Source: an uncultured Candidatus Actinomarina sp.
GTDB taxonomy: Bacteria; Actinomycetota; Acidimicrobiia; Actinomarinales; Actinomarinaceae
DNA: 64,000 nucleotides
Assembly: GCA_902604835.1 (NCBI GenBank)
Contig: CACKZW010000006.1
Span: 1,359-65,358 of the forward strand
Direction: 5' to 3'
The notes beneath the pieces were generated by a model. That model worked only from the letters and a program-made list of their open reading frames with translations, searched no databases and was not told where the DNA came from. Made by a program: the position numbers and the translations under genes. Positions 40,261-49,016 of the stretch are shown here, piece by piece; positions within the stretch are counted from its first letter, which is position 1, and every line of letters starts with the position of its first letter.

Positions 40261-40346
40261 ATAAATCATTACAAAAATTTGTAGCTGTAGCTATTTCTGC
40301 TGGTGTAGTTTTATCTACAATTGCATATTTTTTATTGTTACTATAA
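40257..40346 (+). CDS. Candidate micro-ORF (29 aa single-TM peptide)
   Basis: Hand translation MNKSLQKFVAVAISAGVVLSTIAYFLLLL*. ATGA overlap with the preceding micro-ORF. Ends 6 nt before the trmI GTG. Confidence 0.2.
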   Translation: MNKSLQKFVAVAISAGVVLSTIAYFLLLL

Positions 40347-40352
40347 GAAATA

Positions 40353-41132
40353 GTGAAATTTGACAATACTGTTGTTGTTTTTAAAACAAATAACACAAAA
40401 CACTTATCTGTAATACAAGAAGATCAAACTTTTGTTACACAAAACGGAACTATTCAACATAATGATATAAAAGAATTACCTACTAAAGTTAAAACTTCCA
40501 AAGACCAAGACTATGAAGTTTATATTCCTTCATTTGATGAATTCATTTTATTAATGAAAAGAGGTCCTCAAATAATTTATCCGAAAGATATTGGATCAAT
40601 AATAATCTCTGGAAATATTAGTAAATTTTCAAATATTCTGGAAATTGGTACTGGTTCCGGTGCCTTAACTCTTTATTTAAGTTTGATTTTAGACAAAGAC
40701 AGTAATCTTATAACTTTAGATGAAAGTAATAAAAACCAAAGAAGAGCAAAAAAAACCATTGAAAGATATATTTCATCAAATCATGCTGAAAACAAATCTC
40801 TAGAAATAGAATATTTAAATTTACAACTTTCAGATTTTATATTTGATGATGTGCGTAAAAAAGTAGATACTGTTATTACTGATATTCCTGAGCCCTGGGA
40901 ATTTTTCGATAACAATTCAGTGAAGCAAAATTTACAATGGGTTTCTTATTTACCATCGATTACACAAGTTCAAAAAATTGTTACGGTACTCTCAAATAAT
41001 AATTTTATCAATATAAATGTAACTGAAACTTTAAATCGAGAATGGATAGTAGACAATAGAATAGTTAGGCCAAAGAATGAGATGGTTGGTCATACAGGAT
41101 TTGTTGTTAGTGGAAGGTTTTTGTTTAGCTAG
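40353..41132 (+). CDS. trmI: tRNA (adenine58-N1)-methyltransferase TrmI (GCD14 family)
   Basis: 259 aa, GTG start. GPQIIYPKDIGSIIISGNI, SAM motif ILEIGTGSGALTLYLS, VITDIPEPWE, GHTGFVVSGR. Confidence 0.85.
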   Translation: MKFDNTVVVFKTNNTKHLSVIQEDQTFVTQNGTIQHNDIKELPTKVKTSKDQDYEVYIPSFDEFILLMKRGPQIIYPKDIGSIIISGNISKFSNILEIGTGSGALTLYLSLILDKDSNLITLDESNKNQRRAKKTIERYISSNHAENKSLEIEYLNLQLSDFIFDDVRKKVDTVITDIPEPWEFFDNNSVKQNLQWVSYLPSITQVQKIVTVLSNNNFININVTETLNREWIVDNRIVRPKNEMVGHTGFVVSGRFLFS

Positions 41133-41373
41133 GTTCAATCATTATGCATTCACCTGGACATTCCTCAGCTGATTCAATTACTGCTTCTTCCTGTCCCTTT
41201 GGTACAACTGCTAGACCTTGTGCGCCACCTACATTACCATCTTCTTCAGAAAATATTTTGTCTCCTTCTTTTACATAGAAAAGACCGTCATCTTTTCCAA
41301 CAAAAACGTCGGGGCATATTTCTTCACAAAGGCCATCGCCGGTGCATAAATCTTGATCTATCCAAACTTTCAT
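41125..41373 (-). CDS. Single-cluster ferredoxin (actinobacterial 3Fe-4S/4Fe-4S type)
   Basis: 82 aa. MKVWIDQDLCTGDGLCEEICPDVF ... ECPGECI. Confidence 0.85.
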   Translation of the reverse strand: MKVWIDQDLCTGDGLCEEICPDVFVGKDDGLFYVKEGDKIFSEEDGNVGGAQGLAVVPKGQEEAVIESAEECPGECIMIEPS

Positions 41374-41460
41374 ATGTTAATAATACATTAGTTTTGCATT
41401 ATACAAATACATCAGTTAAAAAATAATTATTAAATTTAAATACAATAAAGTTAGGTATTA

Positions 41461-42288
41461 ATGAAAAATGTATTTAAAAGAGGACTTAAATTATTAACTT
41501 TGTTTTCTTCAAGTAATAAAAATATAACCACTGATTTTATCAAGGATAATATTTCAGATTATCGAGAATTAGGTGATTCTGCTTTTAAACGCTCTTTTGA
41601 AAGAGATAAATCCTTGTTAAAGGAAATGGGGTATTTAATTGAATTCGATAATGATAAGTGGAAACTTGCTGATGGCTATACAATATCAGGAACAAGAATT
41701 ATCGAAGAAATTAAAAAAAATAAAAATATTGATACAAATAGATTCATAAACATTTATCAAATCCTTAAAAGATATTTGAATTTAAATTATGAATTCGAAA
41801 AACAAAGTATAAACATTTCAAAGATTGTTCAAGCGATTAATGAAAAAAGACGTATATCTTATAAATACAAAGGATCTGTTAGAAAGGTATACCCGCTTGG
41901 TCTTAAACAATATGATGGTCAGTGGTACATAGGAGTAAATGAACAATCTATATTTAAAACATTTAAATTAAGCAATATAGATGATTTAAAAATTGGATCG
42001 ATACCTAATTTACATAACATAGATAATGTCGAGATTAATTTTTCATGGGAAGAAAGCATGACTCCTTTGTTATTAACTATTGAACTTTTTGAAGACCGAT
42101 ATTTCATTTTTAAAAATAAATTTACTCATAAAGTAAAAAATAAAAATTTATTTGAAGGTAAATTAACGATTGAATTAAAAACATACGACCTTCAAGGGTT
42201 AATACAATTTCTACTTTTGACTGAAAGTGAAATAATTAAAATTTCACAAGCTGAAAAAAATAAGTTATTGGAATTTATTAATGAATAG
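41461..42288 (+). CDS. pafB: WYL-domain transcriptional regulator, PafB-like
   Basis: 275 aa. N-terminal HTH-like region (RGLKLLTLFSS...ITTDFIKDNIS...DKSLLKEMGYLIEF). WYL core RISYKYKGSVRKVYPLGLKQYDGQWYIGVN...FKLSNI. Tandem WYL pair immediately upstream of tatA-tatC-helY, as for pafBC in Actinobacteria. Confidence 0.65.
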   Translation: MKNVFKRGLKLLTLFSSSNKNITTDFIKDNISDYRELGDSAFKRSFERDKSLLKEMGYLIEFDNDKWKLADGYTISGTRIIEEIKKNKNIDTNRFINIYQILKRYLNLNYEFEKQSINISKIVQAINEKRRISYKYKGSVRKVYPLGLKQYDGQWYIGVNEQSIFKTFKLSNIDDLKIGSIPNLHNIDNVEINFSWEESMTPLLLTIELFEDRYFIFKNKFTHKVKNKNLFEGKLTIELKTYDLQGLIQFLLLTESEIIKISQAEKNKLLEFINE

Positions 42289-43135
42289 CAAACTTAAACT
42301 TCAGGATTTTACTTTTTTGATAAATATAATCAAGAATCAAGATAACTGGGACATACAAGATTTAGCAGACAAGCTCAGTGTAGATCTCGAGACCCTCCTT
42401 TATATGCTTAACATTATGTCTGAGGTTTATTCTGCTAATGGTGAAAGTTTTATTAATTTTGATCTAGATTTACCAAAAAATAGAATTACTTTTGATTATT
42501 CGATGGAATTAAAAGATCTAGAAACAATTACTGATTTTGAACTTTTTAAAATATATAATATTTTGATTAGCCAAGATAAAGTTGATATTCAAAACATTAA
42601 AAAAAATGACTTAGCATTTTTAATTGATACATTAGAGATATTTTTTGATGAGAAATCAAAAATAAACAAAGATAATTATTTATCAATTTTTTTAGAAAAC
42701 GAAGTAAATATTAACTATATAAAAATAGGTAGAAAAAATGTTGGGATTTACTCTATAAAGCCAATATCAATATCTAATAACTCTGATGGAAACGTTCTAG
42801 AAGCTATTGATTTAAATGACAATAAAATTAAAACATTTTTAATTAATAGAATTTTGTCAGTAGGAGATCTAGATTTAGATAACTCTACTAAGGAGGATAA
42901 TACTAAAAATATTGAAGTTGAATTTAACATTTATTCTGAAAAATCTATAACTAAATTAAATAGAGATAAAATCAAGATGAACAATGAAATATATACTTAT
43001 ATATTCAGGGATTATTACGTAGCTATGGAATATTTTCTAGAAAATTTTAAAGATGTCAAGATTCTTGGACCTGAAAACCTTAAAAATGAATTTAATGAAA
43101 ACATTAATAAATTAAGAATCAAGGTAAGTAAATGA
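42281..43135 (+). CDS. pafC: WYL-domain transcriptional regulator, PafC-like (degenerate WYL)
   Basis: 284 aa. Overlaps the pafB-like stop. HTH-like WDIQDLADKLSVDLETLLYMLNIM. Degenerate WYL core NINYIKIGRKNVGIYSIKPISISN...VLEAIDLNDNKIKTFLINRI. Synteny as above. Confidence 0.55.
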   Translation: MNSKLKLQDFTFLINIIKNQDNWDIQDLADKLSVDLETLLYMLNIMSEVYSANGESFINFDLDLPKNRITFDYSMELKDLETITDFELFKIYNILISQDKVDIQNIKKNDLAFLIDTLEIFFDEKSKINKDNYLSIFLENEVNINYIKIGRKNVGIYSIKPISISNNSDGNVLEAIDLNDNKIKTFLINRILSVGDLDLDNSTKEDNTKNIEVEFNIYSEKSITKLNRDKIKMNNEIYTYIFRDYYVAMEYFLENFKDVKILGPENLKNEFNENINKLRIKVSK

Positions 43136-43308
43136 GTTTGACTGAATTAGTATTAATACTATTTGTTTCTCTTGGTATTTTAGATAAAAAAAAATTGAAG
43201 AAATACTTCGATTCTTTTTCTGATTTCAACAAGGGACCTTCAAGAAAAATAATTGGAGATTCTAGTTTGGATGAGAATTGGAAATGGATTGGTGAAGAAG
43301 AGGAATGA
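43132..43308 (+). CDS. tatA: Twin-arginine translocase TatA/E-like protein (58 aa, missed by the 60-aa ORF cutoff)
   Basis: Hand translation MSLTELVLILFVSLGILDKKKLKKYFDSFSDFNKGPSRKIIGDSSLDENWKWIGEEEE*: N-terminal TM helix, basic amphipathic stretch, acidic tail. ATGA overlaps with both the pafC-like stop and the tatC start. The canonical FG-x-KKLP hinge is only loosely kept (LG..DKKKLKK). Confidence 0.6.
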   Translation: MSLTELVLILFVSLGILDKKKLKKYFDSFSDFNKGPSRKIIGDSSLDENWKWIGEEEE

Positions 43309-44003
43309 AAAAATCTTTTTTTGAACATCTAAAAGAACTGAACCTAAGAATCGTTATTTCTTTTTCATTAATTGTTATCTTCTCTATTTTCATCTATATA
43401 AGATATCCAGTTTTTATACAAGTTTTGAATGAGCCACTTATAAATGCAGGATATGATAAATCAAATATATTTGCTCTAACAATTTATGAAGGTTTTCAGG
43501 TTAAGATAACTAATGTTTTTTTAATATCTCTACTTTTATTACTTCCAATAACAATTTTTAATCTTAGTTTCTTTTTTAAGCCTGCGTTAGTTGATTTATC
43601 TTGGCTTTCTTTCTTTCTATATAATTTGTTTTTTACAATTTTTTATTATCTTGGTATCTATGCAGCTTTGAATTTGAGCTCGTATGGGATTGAATTTTTG
43701 CTTTCATTTAATGATAATGAAGTCATACTTCGATCCCAAAATTACTATCAATTCATTATCAGACTAACTTTTTTATTTGCTATTACATTTCAACTTCCAT
43801 TAATCACATTATTTCTTTTAAATAAAAAATTGTTAAATATTGATTTCTTAACAACAAATAGACCTGAGCTGTTTATCTTCATTTTAATTTTATCAGCTTT
43901 AGTCACTCCTACAGGAGATCCTGTAACATTATTTACATTCACCATACCTTTATATTTACTAATTGAAATCGTAATATTTATACATAAAAAAACTTCAAAG
44001 TGA
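43305..44003 (+). CDS. tatC: Twin-arginine translocase subunit TatC
   Basis: 232 aa. FFEHLKELNLRIV start typical of TatC, six hydrophobic segments, TPTGDPVT motif near the C-terminus. Confidence 0.8.
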   Translation: MKKSFFEHLKELNLRIVISFSLIVIFSIFIYIRYPVFIQVLNEPLINAGYDKSNIFALTIYEGFQVKITNVFLISLLLLLPITIFNLSFFFKPALVDLSWLSFFLYNLFFTIFYYLGIYAALNLSSYGIEFLLSFNDNEVILRSQNYYQFIIRLTFLFAITFQLPLITLFLLNKKLLNIDFLTTNRPELFIFILILSALVTPTGDPVTLFTFTIPLYLLIEIVIFIHKKTSK

Positions 44004-45865
44004 AGTATGAATTAGATTCTTTTCAAGTTGATGCAATTGAATCTTTGTATAAAAACTTAAATGTACTAGTTACAGCACCTACTGGTGCTGGTAAAACAAT
44101 AATTGCTGAACGGGGTATTGAAGAGTATTTAGATAAGGGAAATAGAGTAATTTACACAACACCAATCAAAGCTTTATCAAATCAAAAGTACCATGACTTC
44201 TTAAATTCAGGATTTGAAACAGGTCTTTTAACAGGTGACCGAAATGAGAATCCAGATGCAGGCCTAATAATAGCAACAACAGAAATTTTAAGAAATATGA
44301 TATTTACTAACGATGAGAGAATAAATGATATTGGTTTAGTTGTGCTTGATGAAGTTCATTACCTAGCTGATAAAGAACGTGGATCTACTTGGGAAGAAAT
44401 TATTATTCACTTACCAAAAGATATAAAATTATTATGCTTATCTGCAACTATTGGAAATGAAAATGAATTTCTAAACTGGATCGTATCTCAAAGAGGGCCT
44501 ACCGATTTAATTCAATCTAAGATTCGTCCAGTTCCTTTAGAAATTTCTTTGATTACAGCATCAAAAGATGATGAACAAATATTAGCTATTAAAAGTACAG
44601 AGGATAAAAGAAACAAACCTATTTTTAAATTAGATAAAAAATTTAAAAGATATAGAAAACCATCTTTGTCTGATCAAATTTCATATATTATCAACAAAAA
44701 AGCAACACCGTGTATTTTATTCTATTTTTCGCGTGAAAAAGTAGAAAATAAAGCAAGATATGCCGCGGATTTAAATTTGAAAAGTAAAAAGAATGATCAG
44801 CTAAAACATTTATTTGAAAATATTTTTGACGACATAACTAATGAAGAATATCAACTTTTAAATTTAGATGAACTTTATTGGATGTGGTCTAGAGGAGTTG
44901 CTTACCATCATGCTGGTTTGGCTCCAATTGTTAAAGAATTTGTTGAGTTTTTGTTTATAAATAAACACATAGATATACTTTTTGCAACAGAAACACTTTC
45001 CTTAGGAATTAATATGCCAGCGAAATCTATCATTATTGACTCGTCATTTAAATATGATGGTTTAAAAACTAGGTTAATTTCAAAATCTGAATTCTTACAA
45101 CTAACTGGTAGAGCTGGTAGAAGAGGAATTGACTCTAAGGGGTACGCATATATAAATTATGATAAAAGAGTTGAAAACAGTTGGTACAACGACTTATTTG
45201 ATTTAAAACCGAATAATCTGAAATCCTCTTATTCAAATTCATATGGATCAGTACTTAATTTAAACAATAAATATGGTGAAAAAAAAGGTATTGAAATGAT
45301 TAAAAAAAGTTTTTATTCATTTCAAAATAAATTAAACGATAAAGAACTAGAGACAAACTATAAAGCAAAATTAAAAGTTTTAAATGAAATGAATTATTTT
45401 ACTGATTTAAAAAAGAATAAATTATTAACTGAAACTCATAGAGATAATTTGATATTAGGGATAGAAATGTTGAACGAAAATAATGATATTGAATTTTGTC
45501 TTATGTTTCTTGCTTCTGGTATTTCAACATCAAAATATGAAATATCAGTTCATGACAAACATAATTCTTTGTTAACTAAATATCTAATCACACAAGAAAA
45601 AGTAAATAAACTTGAAGCTTTTAGTGGGGTTAAAAATAAAATAAATTTAGATATTACTTGGTTTAGTATTTTTTTAGAGTTTTATAATTCTGACAATATC
45701 GAATACACATTAGGTAAATTTAATGTAACACTAGGTGATTTTATTAAAGCTTGCAGAGAAGCATCTGAAATATCACAAAAAGTATATTCGATCTATGAGA
45801 TTGAAAACTTTGATATAATTGCAAAAAAGTTAAAACATAATATTATTCAGAAAACTATGATATGA
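44000..45865 (+). CDS. helY: Ski2-like DEAD/DEAH-box helicase, HelY-like (short)
   Basis: 621 aa. Walker A APTGAGKT, DEVHYL, SAT, TETLSLGINMPA, QLTGRAGRRG. Follows tatC as helY does in Actinobacteria. Much shorter than the ~900-aa mycobacterial HelY. Confidence 0.8.
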   Translation: MKYELDSFQVDAIESLYKNLNVLVTAPTGAGKTIIAERGIEEYLDKGNRVIYTTPIKALSNQKYHDFLNSGFETGLLTGDRNENPDAGLIIATTEILRNMIFTNDERINDIGLVVLDEVHYLADKERGSTWEEIIIHLPKDIKLLCLSATIGNENEFLNWIVSQRGPTDLIQSKIRPVPLEISLITASKDDEQILAIKSTEDKRNKPIFKLDKKFKRYRKPSLSDQISYIINKKATPCILFYFSREKVENKARYAADLNLKSKKNDQLKHLFENIFDDITNEEYQLLNLDELYWMWSRGVAYHHAGLAPIVKEFVEFLFINKHIDILFATETLSLGINMPAKSIIIDSSFKYDGLKTRLISKSEFLQLTGRAGRRGIDSKGYAYINYDKRVENSWYNDLFDLKPNNLKSSYSNSYGSVLNLNNKYGEKKGIEMIKKSFYSFQNKLNDKELETNYKAKLKVLNEMNYFTDLKKNKLLTETHRDNLILGIEMLNENNDIEFCLMFLASGISTSKYEISVHDKHNSLLTKYLITQEKVNKLEAFSGVKNKINLDITWFSIFLEFYNSDNIEYTLGKFNVTLGDFIKACREASEISQKVYSIYEIENFDIIAKKLKHNIIQKTMI

Positions 45866-46734
45866 AAAAATATATTGTAATTCATAATAAAAATTCAAGA
45901 GGTAAGAAATTAACTCAAGGTGCAATTGAAAAATTATTTTCTAGCCATAATTTAAGTGCAATTGTCTATCAAACATCTAAAGCATCTAAAGTAGAAGAAA
46001 TAATTTTAAAGCACAAAAACGAGAGTGTTATCTTCTGTGCAATAGGCGGTGATGGTACGCTTAGTAATTTAATCGATAATTTATTAAAAAATAATATTAT
46101 TAATCCAGAGGTTGCTTGTCTCCCGTCTGGTAGTGGTTCTGATTTCATGAGAACATTTGCTTTTCCAAAAAATATCAATGAGGGTATTAAAAGGCTCAAA
46201 AATAATCAAAATTATAAAATTGATGTTGCACACATAAGCTCGTCAAATAACAGAAGGTATTTTGTAAATGTATTAAATTATGGTTTTTTGGCAGATACAG
46301 TACATACAAGTGAAAATCTCCCGAGAATATTTAAAAGATTTAGATATCCTATTAGTTTTTGGTTGAAACTATTACCTGCAAAGAGTATGTTATTTAAGAT
46401 TGAAAATGATAAATTCAACTTTGATAATTTAGCTTTTAATATATCAATCTGTAATGGTCAATTTTTTGGTGGTGGGTGGAATATTTCACCAAAATCAAGC
46501 CTTCAAGATGGATTATTAAATATTCAAATATTTAAAGTTACAAAACTAAAAGCTATGAAATTATTTTTTCTTGCTAAAAAGGGTCTTCACTTAACAGAAC
46601 AAGACGTAATTTTAAAAAAATCAAATAAGGTATCATTATTAACACCAAACACAATTGAAGTTGATGGAGATTACTTCGACCAGGGACCAGCTGAGATAAA
46701 TATTAAAAAAGAAGCTATATTATTAAAAATTTAG
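45862..46734 (+). CDS. Diacylglycerol/lipid kinase family protein (LCB5/YegS-like)
   Basis: 290 aa. AIGGDGTLSNLIDNL catalytic-domain motif. ATGA overlap with the helY-like stop. Confidence 0.8.
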   Translation: MKKYIVIHNKNSRGKKLTQGAIEKLFSSHNLSAIVYQTSKASKVEEIILKHKNESVIFCAIGGDGTLSNLIDNLLKNNIINPEVACLPSGSGSDFMRTFAFPKNINEGIKRLKNNQNYKIDVAHISSSNNRRYFVNVLNYGFLADTVHTSENLPRIFKRFRYPISFWLKLLPAKSMLFKIENDKFNFDNLAFNISICNGQFFGGGWNISPKSSLQDGLLNIQIFKVTKLKAMKLFFLAKKGLHLTEQDVILKKSNKVSLLTPNTIEVDGDYFDQGPAEINIKKEAILLKI

Positions 46735-46764
46735 TATTATTCTTACAGAAATTTAAGGAGAAAC

Positions 46765-47121
46765 ATGGCGGATAAGGACATTGAAGAGATAGAAGAGCCT
46801 ACCATGGAAGACCTTGAAGAAGATTCTGAAGAAAATGAATCTCCTCCAGAAGAGGAAGAAAAAGAAGAAGTTGAAACAGAATCACTTGAAGCCCGTGTTG
46901 AGACCGAAAAAAAATCAGTAGATGATAATGATGAAGCTGAAGGTTCATTTATGTCAGTTGATGCTGCAGAAAAAAGGAATGTAAAAAGTTCCGATTTGAA
47001 ATTAGATGAAACAGCAGAAGATATACAAGCTGATGAATTTACATGTTCTATATGTTTTTTGGTTTTGAAAAGAACTCAGCTTGAAAAACCTAGAGCTAAG
47101 GTGTGTTCGGACTGTGCATGA
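46765..47121 (+). CDS. DUF4193 family protein
   Basis: 118 aa. Strong SD (AAGGAG) upstream. Highly acidic N-terminal two-thirds, then EFTCSICFLVLKRTQL...KVCSDCA, the C-terminal zinc-ribbon pattern of the actinobacteria-wide DUF4193 family. Confidence 0.75.
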   Translation: MADKDIEEIEEPTMEDLEEDSEENESPPEEEEKEEVETESLEARVETEKKSVDDNDEAEGSFMSVDAAEKRNVKSSDLKLDETAEDIQADEFTCSICFLVLKRTQLEKPRAKVCSDCA

Positions 47122-47578
47122 ATCAAAATTTGAAGATTTTGGTTTTACCTTTGAAATATTAGAAAAAGATAAACCACCATCAGTCCTCCAAAAAAAATTT
47201 GACAACGAAATAGGCAAGATTGATCCTGTACTATTTAGCTACTATCAAAATATTGTAAAAAATTATGATTTAAAACATTATGTTTTAACTTATAAAACTT
47301 CAGACAATATTAACAATGTAGGATATGCAAAAATCGTTATCGATGAGTTTTATTGGAATTTATATGAAATATTCATTGAATATGATTTTAGAGAACTTGG
47401 CTTAGGGACCCAACTCTTCGAATATATAAATAATCAATCTAAATCGTCCAAATCAGAGATTAGAACTTATGCATTACCTAGTGATAGACAAGCGAAAAAT
47501 TTCTATGAAAGCAATTCAATAACTGCAAAACTTTTAATTATGGAAAGAAAACGTGAACACAATCGCTACAGACCTTGA
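47081..47578 (+). CDS. GNAT family N-acetyltransferase (tentative)
   Basis: 165-aa ORF. IFIEYDFRELGLGTQLFEYI resembles GNAT motif A (R/Q-x-x-G-x-G). The start is probably the in-frame GTG at 47114 (8-nt overlap with the DUF4193 gene) rather than ATG 47081 (41-nt overlap). Confidence 0.5.
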   Translation: MKNLELRCVRTVHESKFEDFGFTFEILEKDKPPSVLQKKFDNEIGKIDPVLFSYYQNIVKNYDLKHYVLTYKTSDNINNVGYAKIVIDEFYWNLYEIFIEYDFRELGLGTQLFEYINNQSKSSKSEIRTYALPSDRQAKNFYESNSITAKLLIMERKREHNRYRP

Positions 47579-48314
47579 TGGGACAATTTATTTAAATAAT
47601 GTAATTATCCCCGGAGTAGCTGAATCACTACTTGATCTTGATAAACATAATCTAAAAATAATATTTGTAACCAATAACAGTTCGCAAGCTCCTATCGAAA
47701 TTTGTAACAAGTTAGAAAACCTATTGTTTAGAGATATTGATTTAGATCAAATAGTCACCCCTTTAGTCATTTTAAAACAGTATTTAGAAAATAAAAACAT
47801 GATGATTTTTGTTCATGGATCTGATAATTTATCAAACTTCGTAAATAGTATTGCTAATGTAACAACAAATATTGACGAATCTCAAATGGTCTTAATAGGT
47901 AGAAAAGAGAATTACACACAAATAGAAGTTAATCATATTATGAGTGCCTATCAAAATGGAAGTAATATCTACGCTTTAAATAAAGACTTAACATTTCCAA
48001 TTAATGAATTTGAGTTTGAAGAGGGAAATGGTGCAATTGTAAAAGAGATAGAAAAATTACTTAATATTGAGATTCAATCATTTGGTAAGCCAGATAAATT
48101 TTATTCTAATTTCCTGAATAGAAATTTTGAAAATATAGCCTATGTAATTGGCGATAGGGTAGATACTGACATACTTTTAGCTAATGAAATAAATGCTAAA
48201 TCTTATCTTGTTAACTCCTCAATTCAAAATTATCTAAGTGATGAAATGGCAGATTTTAAGTTTGATAATTTTTCAGATTGTATATCTTCTATAATTAAAA
48301 ATCTTCAGAATTAA
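47553..48314 (+). CDS. HAD-IIA (NagD-like) phosphatase
   Basis: 253 aa, GTG start. Motif I IATDLDGTIY, motif II VTNNSS, GKP, motif IV IGDRVDTDIL. Confidence 0.8.
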   Translation: MNTIATDLDGTIYLNNVIIPGVAESLLDLDKHNLKIIFVTNNSSQAPIEICNKLENLLFRDIDLDQIVTPLVILKQYLENKNMMIFVHGSDNLSNFVNSIANVTTNIDESQMVLIGRKENYTQIEVNHIMSAYQNGSNIYALNKDLTFPINEFEFEEGNGAIVKEIEKLLNIEIQSFGKPDKFYSNFLNRNFENIAYVIGDRVDTDILLANEINAKSYLVNSSIQNYLSDEMADFKFDNFSDCISSIIKNLQN

Positions 48315-48980
48315 ATATCCAACAATAAAACCTCCAATATGAGCTTCCCATGAAATATTTGTATTTTGTAGTGCTATCAATATTTGTGAGATAAACCAAA
48401 AAATCATGAAAAATTTTGCTTTTATAGTTGTTGGAAATAAAAATCCAAATGGGACAAGTACAAGTAACTGAGCATTTGGAAATAAATATAGATATGCACC
48501 CATTAATGCAGATACTATCCCTGATGCTCCAACTATAGGATTAATATCAAAAGCATTCAGTATTATGTGCGAAAACATGCTTGCGAAACCAGTAAAAATT
48601 AAAAAGATTATAAATCTAATTTTTCCTAATTTATCTTCAATGTTATTTCCAAAAATCCAGAAACTCCATAAATTACCTAATATGTGAATAAAATTTGCAT
48701 GAAACATGTTTGAAAAAAGTAAGCTTAAAAATATATTCTTATTTTCAAATACAATATTTGAGCTTTTTAATGAACATTCATTGTTGTAATACTGATCTAA
48801 AGATAATGGTTGATTGTTAAAGACTTCACATGGAATTGCAGCAAATTCATAGAAAAAGTTAAAAAGTTCACTGGGGTTTCTTGGTTGAATTAGAACGTAT
48901 ACCAATATTGAAAGAAATATAAAAATTCTTGAGATAACAGGATTATTCTTCGGGGGATTTATATCTGATATTGGTATCAC
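48273..48980 (-). CDS. Rhomboid family intramembrane serine protease
   Basis: 235 aa, GTG start. HANFIHILGNLWSFWIFG, catalytic GASGIVSALMGAY, AHIGGFIVG. Confidence 0.85.
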   Translation of the reverse strand: MIPISDINPPKNNPVISRIFIFLSILVYVLIQPRNPSELFNFFYEFAAIPCEVFNNQPLSLDQYYNNECSLKSSNIVFENKNIFLSLLFSNMFHANFIHILGNLWSFWIFGNNIEDKLGKIRFIIFLIFTGFASMFSHIILNAFDINPIVGASGIVSALMGAYLYLFPNAQLLVLVPFGFLFPTTIKAKFFMIFWFISQILIALQNTNISWEAHIGGFIVGYLILKIFNYRRYTI

Positions 48981-48981
48981 T

Positions 48982-49008
48982 TTGTACTCCTAACAAGATA
49001 CGTATAAT
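48982..49008 (+). promoter_or_regulatory. Candidate nadK promoter giving a (near-)leaderless transcript
   Basis: TTGTAC (48982-48987), 15-nt spacer, perfect TATAAT (49003-49008), then 8 nt to the GTG start at 49017. No Shine-Dalgarno motif. Hand-read only. Confidence 0.35.
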
Positions 49009-49016
49009 ATATCCTA

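Noticed and set aside
41461-46734. Considered the WYL-domain pair, a large helicase and a lipid kinase as a possible defence-type module, since WYL regulators and helicases are common in defence islands.
   Set aside because: The order pafB-pafC-tatA-tatC-helY is the canonical housekeeping synteny of Actinobacteria. No nuclease, methyltransferase, effector or mobility gene is present.
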